Source: a virus. From it: a stretch of DNA of 64,000 nucleotides. The stretch lies in IMG/VR virus record IMGVR_UViG_3300020477_001105, positions 1 through 64,000 of that record; one strand, given 5' to 3'. Of the stretch, positions 40,501-49,524 are shown in pieces (position 1 is the first letter of the stretch; each line of letters opens with the position of its first letter). Made by a program: the position numbers and the translations under genes. The notes beneath the pieces were generated by a model. The model ran no database searches. It was not told where the DNA came from and saw only the letters and a program-made list of their open reading frames with translations.

Positions 40501-41566
40501 CAAAGCTAATAACAAACGGTACTTCGCAATTTTGCCACTTAACTGACCCTAATGGCATCTCTAATAAACCGTTAGTTGTAAACGTTAATGATGTAGCTCT
40601 ACTAAAACGAGTTTTAGCTGGTATAGTTACTCTATATGATTCATAATGAGGTAGCGTGTCTATGCCATAATAATTGTTATTAGATATCTGAGACTGGAAT
40701 GGAAAATTGGACGTATCTAATGTCGCAAATAAAAATATAGGTGAATCATCTACACCTGAGCTGTAATTTTTTGCTGTATCATCTCCATAGAAAAACTCTG
40801 CAGTACCTGATGTACCGACAAACACAGCGTCAGGGTTAGAGGATATAGATCGAATAAAAGCATTTCTAGTAAATCCACCTTCTTCTACAGCTGATAACGC
40901 TATGTAGATATCTTCATTTGTTGTCTTAATTGACTCGATAGGGTTAAATATCTCTGCACCACTATCCGCAGTTAATTTTTCATAAAAGCTCCAAGTCTTA
41001 TCTAGATGTGACCATTTATATTCATTAAACCTTTTAATATCTAGTTTTCTAGATCTTGATCCGCTAGAATATAGAGTGAGTGTGTATCCGGTACCTGACA
41101 GCATATTATGCGGTTGCCAAGTATTAACTCTATCTATAGTAATAGGTTTTTGTAATACACCACCGGTACCAGCAGGGACATTTAATAAGTTAATAATGTC
41201 ATCATACGGTCTAGTCAGGTTATCTGTTAAAAAGTTTACTACTGATAATTGCTTGGTATGTGTACTGTATATCTCTTCACCGGAGGAATTATAGTTAATT
41301 AACTGTACGTTATATACACCTGGTTCCGTATATACGTGTGTCGCAGAAAACCCTTTTGTTGTAGTACCATCACCGAAGTCCCATACTGTGCTATCTGGTG
41401 AATATGTAAGACTGGAAGTACCGGTAACTGCAAATCTAAAAGTTGTTAACTTGTTTGTGTACCCGGATAATGTCTCTCTAGTGCCATCCCCATGCCCCGT
41501 ACTGTGGTTGGCGCTCAGCCCCCCAGTTACAGAAAAAGGTACATCGGATAGCGTATGGATAGCCAT
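37580..41566 (-). CDS. PKD-domain and beta-propeller baseplate wedge protein (gp7 position)
   Basis: WDFGDG..ATHVYTEPGVYNV PKD motif; D..DNIW propeller blades; follows the gp6-like gene. Confidence 0.75.
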   Translation of the reverse strand: MAIHTLSDVPFSVTGGLSANHSTGHGDGTRETLSGYTNKLTTFRFAVTGTSSLTYSPDSTVWDFGDGTTTKGFSATHVYTEPGVYNVQLINYNSSGEEIYSTHTKQLSVVNFLTDNLTRPYDDIINLLNVPAGTGGVLQKPITIDRVNTWQPHNMLSGTGYTLTLYSSGSRSRKLDIKRFNEYKWSHLDKTWSFYEKLTADSGAEIFNPIESIKTTNEDIYIALSAVEEGGFTRNAFIRSISSNPDAVFVGTSGTAEFFYGDDTAKNYSSGVDDSPIFLFATLDTSNFPFQSQISNNNYYGIDTLPHYESYRVTIPAKTRFSRATSLTFTTNGLLEMPLGSVKWQNCEVPFVISFVNQYNSRAEDYPALSINSSTTPNSSTWVVNVSVVSSCSTGTNTRLLSADFFRTKDGQLPNSIESTYRGYFIPREVGDNVSLKGEVVINDPAHNDRDILFGYLTNPEFDNVYRVAPGEQYEFDGDSGVINTSLPGNRTETLLSAGGYYPVSVVPVTASYLNNKVYAYFADSHNDKVFKYNNNMELLSTFDFSQKVQITTSSITTSATLISINDKDSPDRLTPSDITIDSEKRLWVPMHDGNLVVRIDPDTGYVDRVIRDDSNVTYNTVLTSWREDTGPSFTTTVSATSGLAGFNLTEPTTVDCDLDDNIWIAYSNPLNGFIIKYDTSVDPCSAIVKYDFPDYEAPTDIVVDNDNNIWVATQKHFIRNVLSEKTGVIEAKKLDHVYDFQFADELGAAGANFEPGQLIHIPGGTFTNPMRDPAGIQCNYNGWWIIQAVSAHDAPSRVAGNFNVEVHPYAGLVHSSQASRNITVHSTEDGTGATGAVTVKSYESDNVYKFDSSGTLLHKVSGFHIPSYIVVDNHQNAWVTHDTNTVTRITSAGQIDKNIPILDTDFVELSGGKGAQREIRGVKQHLGGITCDFYNRLWVINSFENRIHYLPLYNMSLSSIQYIDEDQTTAGIGSNMYQAIGDWTGYEWFNKYIQVQGQRVVTGNNTFTIYPSTGQYSINKFGEDFDPAETIKSYRQQPFLKNYNKLFNDIIGISVGTLSSQPTELGKVVYEKISNFVQNHNDIDTCTIDALYSICDQFDVPIENYKFGYPASIKRVMDLASVHRKHLWGDRSKYARDFESLSEFAGYNSNELAPATRPINIGLKTVVTNNLTAYHVDELDASTYMVSAGTKLVAKQLYDSQFKLINPMYLSGTGSEPFSATANGISLVSAYPLSSYHVNWGWGLYNDINGLDIKEYYKFYSYNEEYNNTQQEGLIDWENSLTTVKELSHINTWAEDDGIIDVMLDYELRRGLNMFTDSISAGTSEYQ

Positions 41567-41568
41567 TA

Positions 41569-43380
41569 TTAAAATTCAGTTGCTTCAAGTTTAGTTATGA
41601 AATTTATAGAATCGTTCAAATATGCACGTTTAAAATATGGGAGTTGAACGTTTGCAGTTGTAATTGAAACGTCTAAATCAGGATATATAGGGTTCCAGAT
41701 CATAAGACTTATCCCTTCAACTTCTAGGCTCATATCTGTTCGTACAGTCTTAATATTACTAACTCCATTGATACTCAATAAACTATTAGTGAGATCGTTG
41801 ACATTTATAACTCCACCCAATTGGCTATTATTAAAATATGTTTCAATTATAGTACTTGCTTGTTTTTCAATATTACTCAAACTAGCTCTAGAATTTTTAT
41901 CTCTAACCAATCTTAAACGAGTGTTATCTGCAATGGAAGTATCTAAGCTCTCATCAACGCTCTTGACACCTACATCTACAGACATATATACTGGATCCAT
42001 AATTAGAACTTCTGAGGTTAACGTCTTATTGTGTCGAACAGAATCAATAATGGTATTTTTCTGTGAAGGTGTTAGATAGCTATTTCTAACTGTGGTGCTA
42101 GCTGCTGTACTCGTTTTAGGTGTAGCATATACGTATACGTTATTAAAGTCACATGTATCTGCAAAATTTACCTGATTGTATATAGTGCTAGGATCACTAG
42201 TATGAGACCGCAGTTTTAGCGTATTGATGATATATGACATATGACCTTCTATATAGTCCCAGTTATTAACAACTTTGACATCTGAAATAACATTCGAATG
42301 TGTATGCTTAACGAAATTGGTAAAATCGGATTCTGTAACTAGTCTATGTTGCGATGAGAACACTTTAGGTGCTCTTTCCCTAATATCGCTAACAGTTTCA
42401 CCTAATGAATATTCAGTAGATGCATTAGCGTTTGTAAATGTCAATTGTACTAATTGTGTCGGAGACATATAGTTGGTGTTCGACACCTTTATCTGGCTAA
42501 AAATATCTTCAAATTGTATAGTACTGTATCGATTTAGATTCGAACCGTTGATAGCGTTAGGACCGACTTCACCGCGCTTACCCTCACTGACGAGGTAATA
42601 TACAGCTACTTGATCACCGGCTTGTAACTTCTTACCGTTAACATTATTACCAAATTTTATTTCATATCTCTTGTTCTCATTTAATCTAACTTCGTATGCA
42701 GGTGAATCACCATCTTCTAAGAATAGAGATGTAACCCTGTTCCATTCTTTCCAGTCTCCAGTTTTACCGTCCTTGATATACGCATGTATATTAAAATGGT
42801 CAATAATAGTATCGTCTCCCGGAAGCAATGTAATAAATTCAAATTCTTCTCCATTGGCAACATATACTGGGTATTCTTGAAACTGTCCCTGATATAAGAG
42901 GTGCTGGTTAGATATGACGTCTAATGATTCTGAAGAAGTTTGTGTCTTAGTAAACGTGATGTCCTTGTTGAGGGAAAACGACATACCGCCAGCGTTAATA
43001 AATGTATATCTAGGTATAGTATATGTATCAACAGCTAGCGAGGAATTTGCTACTGCTCCAAACGATAGCGAACTAGTCTGGTAACCTACAGGATTGTAAT
43101 CTATAGATTTAACAATTCTGTTCATATTTTCATACAACTCTGCATCTGTGAACATGGCTTCAGAAGATGTTTGGTTGAGATAGAACAATAATGTATGATA
43201 GCTGTATGCAATAATATCAATAACAGCAGACATATTACTACCTTCATAATTTTGATCAGTCAGTGTAGTCGTGCGATTAAGTCTATCGATTATATGACTC
43301 TTTAAGCTGGTTGCATCAAATGTCGCATACGCGTCAGTTGGCAGCTTAAATTCCGTTTTAGTTGTATTATTATTAGCCAT
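41569..43380 (-). CDS. baseplate wedge subunit (T4 gp6-like)
   Basis: FDATSLK, DQNYEGSN, YEIKFGNNVNGK and QHRLVTESDF. Confidence 0.88.
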   Translation of the reverse strand: MANNNTTKTEFKLPTDAYATFDATSLKSHIIDRLNRTTTLTDQNYEGSNMSAVIDIIAYSYHTLLFYLNQTSSEAMFTDAELYENMNRIVKSIDYNPVGYQTSSLSFGAVANSSLAVDTYTIPRYTFINAGGMSFSLNKDITFTKTQTSSESLDVISNQHLLYQGQFQEYPVYVANGEEFEFITLLPGDDTIIDHFNIHAYIKDGKTGDWKEWNRVTSLFLEDGDSPAYEVRLNENKRYEIKFGNNVNGKKLQAGDQVAVYYLVSEGKRGEVGPNAINGSNLNRYSTIQFEDIFSQIKVSNTNYMSPTQLVQLTFTNANASTEYSLGETVSDIRERAPKVFSSQHRLVTESDFTNFVKHTHSNVISDVKVVNNWDYIEGHMSYIINTLKLRSHTSDPSTIYNQVNFADTCDFNNVYVYATPKTSTAASTTVRNSYLTPSQKNTIIDSVRHNKTLTSEVLIMDPVYMSVDVGVKSVDESLDTSIADNTRLRLVRDKNSRASLSNIEKQASTIIETYFNNSQLGGVINVNDLTNSLLSINGVSNIKTVRTDMSLEVEGISLMIWNPIYPDLDVSITTANVQLPYFKRAYLNDSINFITKLEATEF

Positions 43381-43382
43381 GA

Positions 43383-43898
43383 TTACACAAAATTAAATCC
43401 TTTTTCGTCCAATATACCACCGACTGTAACTCTCTCATCTGAGAGGTTAGGCATTGTTATAACAAACCCTATATTATAAGTATTGCTAGGTACATCACCG
43501 ACTATCTTTATACCAGTTACTGAAATACGAGGTTCTTGACGAGATAATCCTACAAGTATTTGCCGAGCAATTAATTCACCTGTCTCACGAGTTATAGGAT
43601 CAAATAAAAATCTGGCTAAATTCATACCTAAATGCGGATTTAACAACTTCTCACCAGGAGTGGTATTGAAAATGTTTTCTATAGATTGCTTAATAGCACC
43701 TAAATCACGAATGTCAGCAATGTCTGTATTATTTTTAGATTGATTAGCTGGGAGGTTTACGTTAGACGATCCAATTTCAATATCTAACTTAATGTCTTTA
43801 TAGGTATATAGCTCTTCCGGGACAACTGTAGGGTTTACGTTGTCGTCAGTGCTATGAGGAGTTGTAACTCTCAGCCCGTCTAATTTAATAGATGCCAT
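43383..43898 (-). CDS. baseplate wedge subunit (T4 gp25-like)
   Basis: AIKQSIENIFNTTPGEK..P..G...LFDP..QEPRI. Confidence 0.9.
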   Translation of the reverse strand: MASIKLDGLRVTTPHSTDDNVNPTVVPEELYTYKDIKLDIEIGSSNVNLPANQSKNNTDIADIRDLGAIKQSIENIFNTTPGEKLLNPHLGMNLARFLFDPITRETGELIARQILVGLSRQEPRISVTGIKIVGDVPSNTYNIGFVITMPNLSDERVTVGGILDEKGFNFV

Positions 43899-43951
43899 TC
43901 ACTAATTATTTATCTAAGACCTCGATATCCGCTTGATTAGCATAAATAATT

Positions 43952-44509
43952 ATGATGAAGAGCAAGTTTGATCTAATTGTTGAGGGAGCGTTGACTAGAT
44001 ACCAGGGAACTAACTTTCTTGTTGGTGACCGTATTAAATTTATCGAGAACTTCCTTCAGCACGAATGGGCTAAGAAACAACCAGAAGTTAAACTAGAGAG
44101 ATTAAAGCAACTCATTGAATCTGGCGATAATCTTAGAATTAGCGCTATAAAGACAGACAGACCAAATACTGCTCAAAACGGTCATTTTGAGATGGTTGAC
44201 GGGTTTTATGTAGACGTCATTCGCGAGAAGGCTCCAGGATTATTCATGCCTCAAGAAATATATACCGTTCCACAAGAATTAGTAGAACTTCAAGAAGATT
44301 ATCCGAATTTATCTGGAAAGACTCCAGATAGTCAAATTAAAGACGACCCAACTCAAATTAAGCCGAGTGAAGTTGATGTAGATGATCACGACTTAAGCCC
44401 AGTTAAACAAACTGGTATGGGTGATGGAGATAGACAGCTACGAAACAAAGATGAAAATATTTCTAAAGTAGCTCCTGCTAAATCTGATACTGGTAAATAT
44501 ATGAGTTAA
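43952..44509 (+). CDS. hypothetical late protein (candidate head-internal protein)
   Basis: CATAAATA at 43941-43948; N-terminus MKSKFDLIVE. Start may be 43955. Confidence 0.6.
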   Translation: MMKSKFDLIVEGALTRYQGTNFLVGDRIKFIENFLQHEWAKKQPEVKLERLKQLIESGDNLRISAIKTDRPNTAQNGHFEMVDGFYVDVIREKAPGLFMPQEIYTVPQELVELQEDYPNLSGKTPDSQIKDDPTQIKPSEVDVDDHDLSPVKQTGMGDGDRQLRNKDENISKVAPAKSDTGKYMS

Positions 44510-45426
44510 TTATCAGATAGCTGAATCAAACAGCTATAACAATTAATCTCTTGATCCATCACAAAAGCGCTTCTATACAAAGCTTCGGCAATTATCACCA
44601 TATGCATCTTCTTCTTCTGATCTGACTTAACGTATGTATCGACATAATCAAATAGTAGTTTTAATAACATCGGGTAATCGCTATTAAACTTCTCCTCATT
44701 CTCAATCATATACTTTCTAACTTTAAGAACATGACCTTTAATAGTTAAAAGATATATTTGCTTAACAAACTCTTCGCACTTCTCTGAGTCTACGATGTTA
44801 AGTTTCTTATCTCTACAAAATTTTTGAAGCTCATTAACAGTGCGTCTTAAATCAGGATAATTATTTCTTATAAACTTTTTAAGAACCTCGTACTGCTCAT
44901 CTGATACGGAAATATCTTGATCCTTCAGAATATGAGAAATTCTATCAACACATAAATCTAAAGGAGGGGTTAGATCTAAATGTTGACATCTACTTTGTAG
45001 TGCTGGGATGATTCTATGACCATAATTGGCTGTTAATATGAAGCGAGTAATCTCAGCATACTCCTCCATAGTATTTCGAAGAGCTCGTTGCGCATCTTGA
45101 CTTAAACCGTCACATTCGTCTAATATAATAACCTTAATGTTACCGTCAATACTCTTAACTTGAGCAAACTGTACTACCTTGGATCTAATAGTATCAATAC
45201 CGTTTTCATCTGAAGCATTGATATACAAATATTGACAGTCAAGAATACTCTTCACTAACATCTTCGCGAGTGTAGTTTTACCTACACCTGGAGGACCGAC
45301 TAGCTGTATATTCGGTATCTCTCTATCTGAAGAAAACTTATCTACAATCGCTCTATTATCTTCAGATAGAACAATTTCTGATAATTCCTTAGGACGGTAT
45401 TTCTCTACCCAGAGATTTTCGAACAT
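44506..45426 (-). CDS. clamp loader AAA+ subunit (T4 gp44 / RFC small subunit-like)
   Basis: LWVEKYRP, GPPGVGKT, NASDENG, ILDECD, AQRALR, LQSRC. Confidence 0.95.
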   Translation of the reverse strand: MFENLWVEKYRPKELSEIVLSEDNRAIVDKFSSDREIPNIQLVGPPGVGKTTLAKMLVKSILDCQYLYINASDENGIDTIRSKVVQFAQVKSIDGNIKVIILDECDGLSQDAQRALRNTMEEYAEITRFILTANYGHRIIPALQSRCQHLDLTPPLDLCVDRISHILKDQDISVSDEQYEVLKKFIRNNYPDLRRTVNELQKFCRDKKLNIVDSEKCEEFVKQIYLLTIKGHVLKVRKYMIENEEKFNSDYPMLLKLLFDYVDTYVKSDQKKKMHMVIIAEALYRSAFVMDQEINCYSCLIQLSDN

Positions 45427-45533
45427 TACTTACGTTTTCTAGGCTTGACAGTCTTAGTTACAGTTACAGTCTTACGTACTGTGGTGCGGCCACGTTGTTT
45501 TACGGAAACTCGTTGTCTTGTATTTCTTGCCAT
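45426..45533 (-). CDS. unannotated 35-aa highly basic peptide
   Basis: MARNTRQRVSVKQRGRTTVRKTVTVTKTVKPRKRK*. AAGGA upstream; its stop overlaps the clamp-loader start (TAATG). Confidence 0.75.
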   Translation of the reverse strand: MARNTRQRVSVKQRGRTTVRKTVTVTKTVKPRKRK

Positions 45534-45556
45534 AATATATCCTTTATTGTTCTTAT

Positions 45557-45585
45557 ATTATACGTTTTAATAAGAGGAACGTCAA
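45557..45585 (-). promoter_or_regulatory. sigma70-type early promoter
   Basis: TTGACG-N17-TATAAT upstream of the basic peptide and clamp loader. Confidence 0.85.
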
Positions 45586-45587
45586 GC

Positions 45588-46085
45588 TTATTTACCGCTA
45601 CTTCCAAAACCAGAAGCTCCGCGAGCTGATTCAGTAACTTCATCAGCCCATTCACATTGTGGATGAATAAGGGGGTATACTACAAACTGTGCGATTCTGT
45701 CACCTTTTTTAACTTGATGATTAGCTAGTGTCATATTTCTATGATCTGTATTAAAATTGTATAATTTAACTCCTAAATCTCCACGATAGCCATTATCAAT
45801 TACACCTAGATGAGGTTGTATACTATGTTTGAATCCTAGCCCAGATCTCGGTTCAATTCGAAACCAAAACCCTGGCTCAATATAAGCGAGTGTCAGACCG
45901 ACTGGTACAACAGCACTGCTATCAGCCTTGATAAGTACATCTTCAACGGCTACTAGGTCGTAACCTGAATCACCGGTTCCTATCTCGCTGTTGTTAGCTC
46001 TAGGTAGCTGTGCATCTGGATGCGTCTTAACAAACTTAACTATCGGATTTAATAGTAAATGTTGTCTATGAATTGTGTCACTCAT
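45588..46085 (-). CDS. dut: trimeric dUTPase
   Basis: SGYDL, PRSG, GVIDNGYRG, RIAQ and RGASGFGSSG. Confidence 0.96.
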   Translation of the reverse strand: MSDTIHRQHLLLNPIVKFVKTHPDAQLPRANNSEIGTGDSGYDLVAVEDVLIKADSSAVVPVGLTLAYIEPGFWFRIEPRSGLGFKHSIQPHLGVIDNGYRGDLGVKLYNFNTDHRNMTLANHQVKKGDRIAQFVVYPLIHPQCEWADEVTESARGASGFGSSGK

Positions 46086-46233
46086 TTAATAGCGTATCTC
46101 CTCCGTATGTTGGATCTTGTTGATTACTTTCTACTTGTGCAGCGTTGTTAGTCTCTAACCATTGAATTAACTCTCTCAAATTCTCTGAATTGACTGAAAA
46201 CGTTCCGTGTCCTTCTACAATTACTGTCGCCAT
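46078..46233 (-). CDS. small hypothetical protein (51 aa, MATVIVEG...)
   Basis: ATG at 46233 lies 6 nt after TTGAAA-N17-TATAAT (46240-46268). Confidence 0.65.
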   Translation of the reverse strand: MATVIVEGHGTFSVNSENLRELIQWLETNNAAQVESNQQDPTYGGDTLLNE

Positions 46234-46282
46234 GTTGGTATTATATGTTGTTAAGAGGGCATTTTCAACTAAGTATTTCAGG

Positions 46283-46774
46283 ATGAGTGACAATAAAGCG
46301 GAAGACCAATTAAATTCTCTAGTAAAGCAGTTACAAGAAAGCACAAAAGTCAATAAAGAAGTTTCCCGAAGAGCAGCAGAAGAAGGGCTTGCTCCGGAAG
46401 ATGTTGAAGAATTTGTTGTAAAAAACTCAGGTGAGCTAATTAATCAAAGCTTAGATACTTTACGAGAAGTTAAGGACTATGTTATGGCTTCTGGTGACCC
46501 AGATAGTATCGGAGCTCTAGCTGATTTAATCAAAGCTTCTAGTTCTGCTTTGGAAAGTTTGAATAAAATTGTAGTCCAAAATAAGCGTTCAGCTACATCT
46601 ATTTTAACTAAGAAGATGGATATTGATACTAAGCTGGCTATTGAGAATGAAAAACCAGATAAGAACTCCTATATAGGAACCAGAGATGAAGTGTTTAAGC
46701 AACTTGTGAAAGACGCTAAGGTTATTGAAGTTACCGAGGACGATCTGGACACGTCTTTATCTGGAAGACCCTAA
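46283..46774 (+). CDS. terminase small subunit (gp16-like)
   Basis: Helical protein ending NSYIGTRDEVFKQL, resembling the FVGST.EL tail of T4-like small terminases; TAAGTA 7 nt before the ATG at 46283. Confidence 0.65.
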   Translation: MSDNKAEDQLNSLVKQLQESTKVNKEVSRRAAEEGLAPEDVEEFVVKNSGELINQSLDTLREVKDYVMASGDPDSIGALADLIKASSSALESLNKIVVQNKRSATSILTKKMDIDTKLAIENEKPDKNSYIGTRDEVFKQLVKDAKVIEVTEDDLDTSLSGRP

Positions 46775-48004
46775 AGCTGTTTCAATATCAGCTACAGTGC
46801 TATCAACTTCCTTAAATTTATTTCTAAGAATATCTACTTCATACGAAGTATTCTCGACGACGTAATCAAACACTGTATAATCTATTTTTTGCTTATTATC
46901 AATTTTGTTTCTCCACGGGAGCAATACAGAGTATATATTACCTAACGTTTCTGCTATAATATCATTAAACTGCGCAGTATATGTTTTCATTCGCTTCCAT
47001 TGTGCAGTATCACCGGTACCACCGTTAAAATCTTCTCCGTGAGCCGTATTAATACCAGCAACAGCTCTAATTAACGAAGAATGGACTATATTTTTTCGAT
47101 ATACCTTTTCAATTTTTGAAGTCATATCGTGAAGCTGTTCTTCCGTTGCATCATCAATCTTATCTTGAAGTACAGGTGTTAAATAGCTAGGTCTTAATTT
47201 CTCATCTGTAGACCAACCAGTAAAGTCAACATCAAATAATGGTAACATCCACGGATCAACAGTCTCATCAATATCTCTAACTAAGGAGCCAATAGAGTCA
47301 CTAAAATCAGTAAAATAATCTACAGTACTATCAGTAACCAAATTTTGATATTTCCGGTGAACTTCTGGATGAGCGCGTTGGAACTTTTCGATCCAATATA
47401 TTAAAAATTGATTATCTAGATCTGCCATTCCTATATTAGGAACATTACCAGCTGAAATATGTTTTCTAACTGCATCATTAGTAGGCTTATCTACTTTTAT
47501 TAGCCTATTAGACATAGTTACTAAGTCTATAGCTTTAAATTGACCTTCTTCAGTTTGTATTGATCCGTCATCATTACGCACCCATACCTCAGTTTCATTT
47601 AATAATGTATTCTCGTATGAGACATACGGTAAGCTCAACGCGCCTGGGTTTGTTATAGAATAAGCTAATAGCTTATTTACTAAGCTATCTATAGGTTCAT
47701 CCTCCTTATTGTAAGTTAAATTGTCAGCAGAATTTGCTTCATACGGATCCATATATCCACCAGCATCTTCACCCCAGTTGAAATTAATACCATCATTCAG
47801 CTTCTCAAAAAACTTGCTTTGAGTCTCAAGCGTGTCCCATGTATGCTTTGTATAATTATGAAAATATACTAAAGCAATTTCACCTAGATATTTGTCTAAT
47901 GTGTTAGTGTAGCTGCTAGCAGCAATATGAAAATCAATAGAGTTAGCAACATCTGTATCAACAATGTGAGCTATTCCTGTCTTTACTGGAAACTGACTAC
48001 CCAT
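46757..48004 (-). CDS. hypothetical baseplate-region protein
   Basis: Coupled to the upstream hub gene; no recognised motif. Confidence 0.5.
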   Translation of the reverse strand: MGSQFPVKTGIAHIVDTDVANSIDFHIAASSYTNTLDKYLGEIALVYFHNYTKHTWDTLETQSKFFEKLNDGINFNWGEDAGGYMDPYEANSADNLTYNKEDEPIDSLVNKLLAYSITNPGALSLPYVSYENTLLNETEVWVRNDDGSIQTEEGQFKAIDLVTMSNRLIKVDKPTNDAVRKHISAGNVPNIGMADLDNQFLIYWIEKFQRAHPEVHRKYQNLVTDSTVDYFTDFSDSIGSLVRDIDETVDPWMLPLFDVDFTGWSTDEKLRPSYLTPVLQDKIDDATEEQLHDMTSKIEKVYRKNIVHSSLIRAVAGINTAHGEDFNGGTGDTAQWKRMKTYTAQFNDIIAETLGNIYSVLLPWRNKIDNKQKIDYTVFDYVVENTSYEVDILRNKFKEVDSTVADIETALGSSR

Positions 48005-49524
48005 TATGCTAACTGTGTCTCCTCTCCGCTCATGTCTATTCTCAACCCACCTGGTGTACCTGGAGCGTCTAATAACAACGGTTCATACGTAAACGGTCTC
48101 ACACATGATATATGATTAGCATATGCATTTTGTTCAAGCATGAAGACATGGCTGACTTTAATACCTAACCAATCTCCCATCAATAATTTCTCGAAAGGTG
48201 TATCATTATTAGACGTCTTATCAGCTAACGTGTAAAATCTTCCTGCTTGTCTGTGAGTAGAGCCATGTACAGTAAAGCTAATTCCTGGACTAAACGCTAA
48301 AGCCTTATTCATAACTCTACCAATTGTCTTTTTATACCAAGATCTAACACCAGTATCAATATTCTTAAAAACTCTATTTTCTAACTTATCTGCGTTGACA
48401 GGAAAAACGGCGTTAACAGTATGAGATACTAATTTATCATTTACTAGTTGCTCATACTTGTCTCTGATAGATTGTATGTGAGTCTCTTTGCTTCTTATAA
48501 TAAACTCTTTATTTCTACGGTCATACGTATGACCTAGGGTAGTAACTAACTCACTCATACTATCTGCATTTGATGTATTTAATAATTCAAAATTAGTTAA
48601 TGAATCAAACATCTCTAATGTACCAGTGTCAATTTGTTTTGGTGATTTACCTTTTGGAATCTTACTGTTATTGACACCTTTAGTGTCTGTAGTTGTTCCA
48701 CTATGGAGTGCAAATACATCTGCGTTTGCAGGTCCCAATCCTTCTCCTCGATCACCAACTGTGCCTTGAAAATAATCTGATACCGATCTTAATGAAAATA
48801 AACTAATATTAGGTGACCTTTCTGCTCGCAGGAAACAATTATCATCATCGCTAGACATATGATCGTCTAGAACATACTCAATGTCATCGAACAGTGTTGT
48901 ATCACCTGTAGACGTATAAAATATTTTGTTTGAACCTAATGACCAATCATCAGCCCACATTAACTCAGCTCCTTTACCTTCTAAACCAGTTGTTAATAGG
49001 CTTTGAATCGCATCACCAGTATACATTGATCTATGTTCATCTGATAATTGACCAATATTAGGCATTATACCAGCCGCACCAGCAGTAGACCATCTTGTAT
49101 TAATCTCTCTTAAATATTGTTCTCGAATATCTCTTAAATGATATATCTTTGTTTTGTTATTAGTATCACCATTAATAACCTCTTCTTCATCATATATAAA
49201 GAATGCAAAATTTAATCCCCATAACTCAATCGGAAACTTTCTTTCATCCCCAGCTTTATGTACAGGTTTAATATCTACTAAGACTGTATCTCTACTATCA
49301 ATATTAAACGTTGGAGTTAAGGGAGAGTTGTCTAATGCATTATGACTACTATTAATAGTCAACTTACCTGTATGGAATATAGAGTATATATTATCCTCAA
49401 TTAATATTTCTTGAACAATACCTCGAGGCAGTCTCTGAGCTGGGCTGTTACCATTAATCAAAATTACGCTAATGTCGTAATTTTGATTATTCAGGCTAAC
49501 AGTTAAAGTGCTTTCAAAACTCAT
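48004..49524 (-). CDS. baseplate hub protein (gp27-like)
   Basis: Size and position; IEDNIYSIFHTG.L.I and TVHGSTHRQAG..G.W....V.H.F. Confidence 0.6.
   Translation of the reverse strand: MSFESTLTVSLNNQNYDISVILINGNSPAQRLPRGIVQEILIEDNIYSIFHTGKLTINSSHNALDNSPLTPTFNIDSRDTVLVDIKPVHKAGDERKFPIELWGLNFAFFIYDEEEVINGDTNNKTKIYHLRDIREQYLREINTRWSTAGAAGIMPNIGQLSDEHRSMYTGDAIQSLLTTGLEGKGAELMWADDWSLGSNKIFYTSTGDTTLFDDIEYVLDDHMSSDDDNCFLRAERSPNISLFSLRSVSDYFQGTVGDRGEGLGPANADVFALHSGTTTDTKGVNNSKIPKGKSPKQIDTGTLEMFDSLTNFELLNTSNADSMSELVTTLGHTYDRRNKEFIIRSKETHIQSIRDKYEQLVNDKLVSHTVNAVFPVNADKLENRVFKNIDTGVRSWYKKTIGRVMNKALAFSPGISFTVHGSTHRQAGRFYTLADKTSNNDTPFEKLLMGDWLGIKVSHVFMLEQNAYANHISCVRPFTYEPLLLDAPGTPGGLRIDMSGEETQLA

Noticed and set aside
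46078-46353. Long versions of ORFs 46078..46353, 46190..46774 and 62300..63268
   Set aside because: The extensions overlap divergent genes or promoters; promoter geometry favours starts at 46233, 46283 and 62351.
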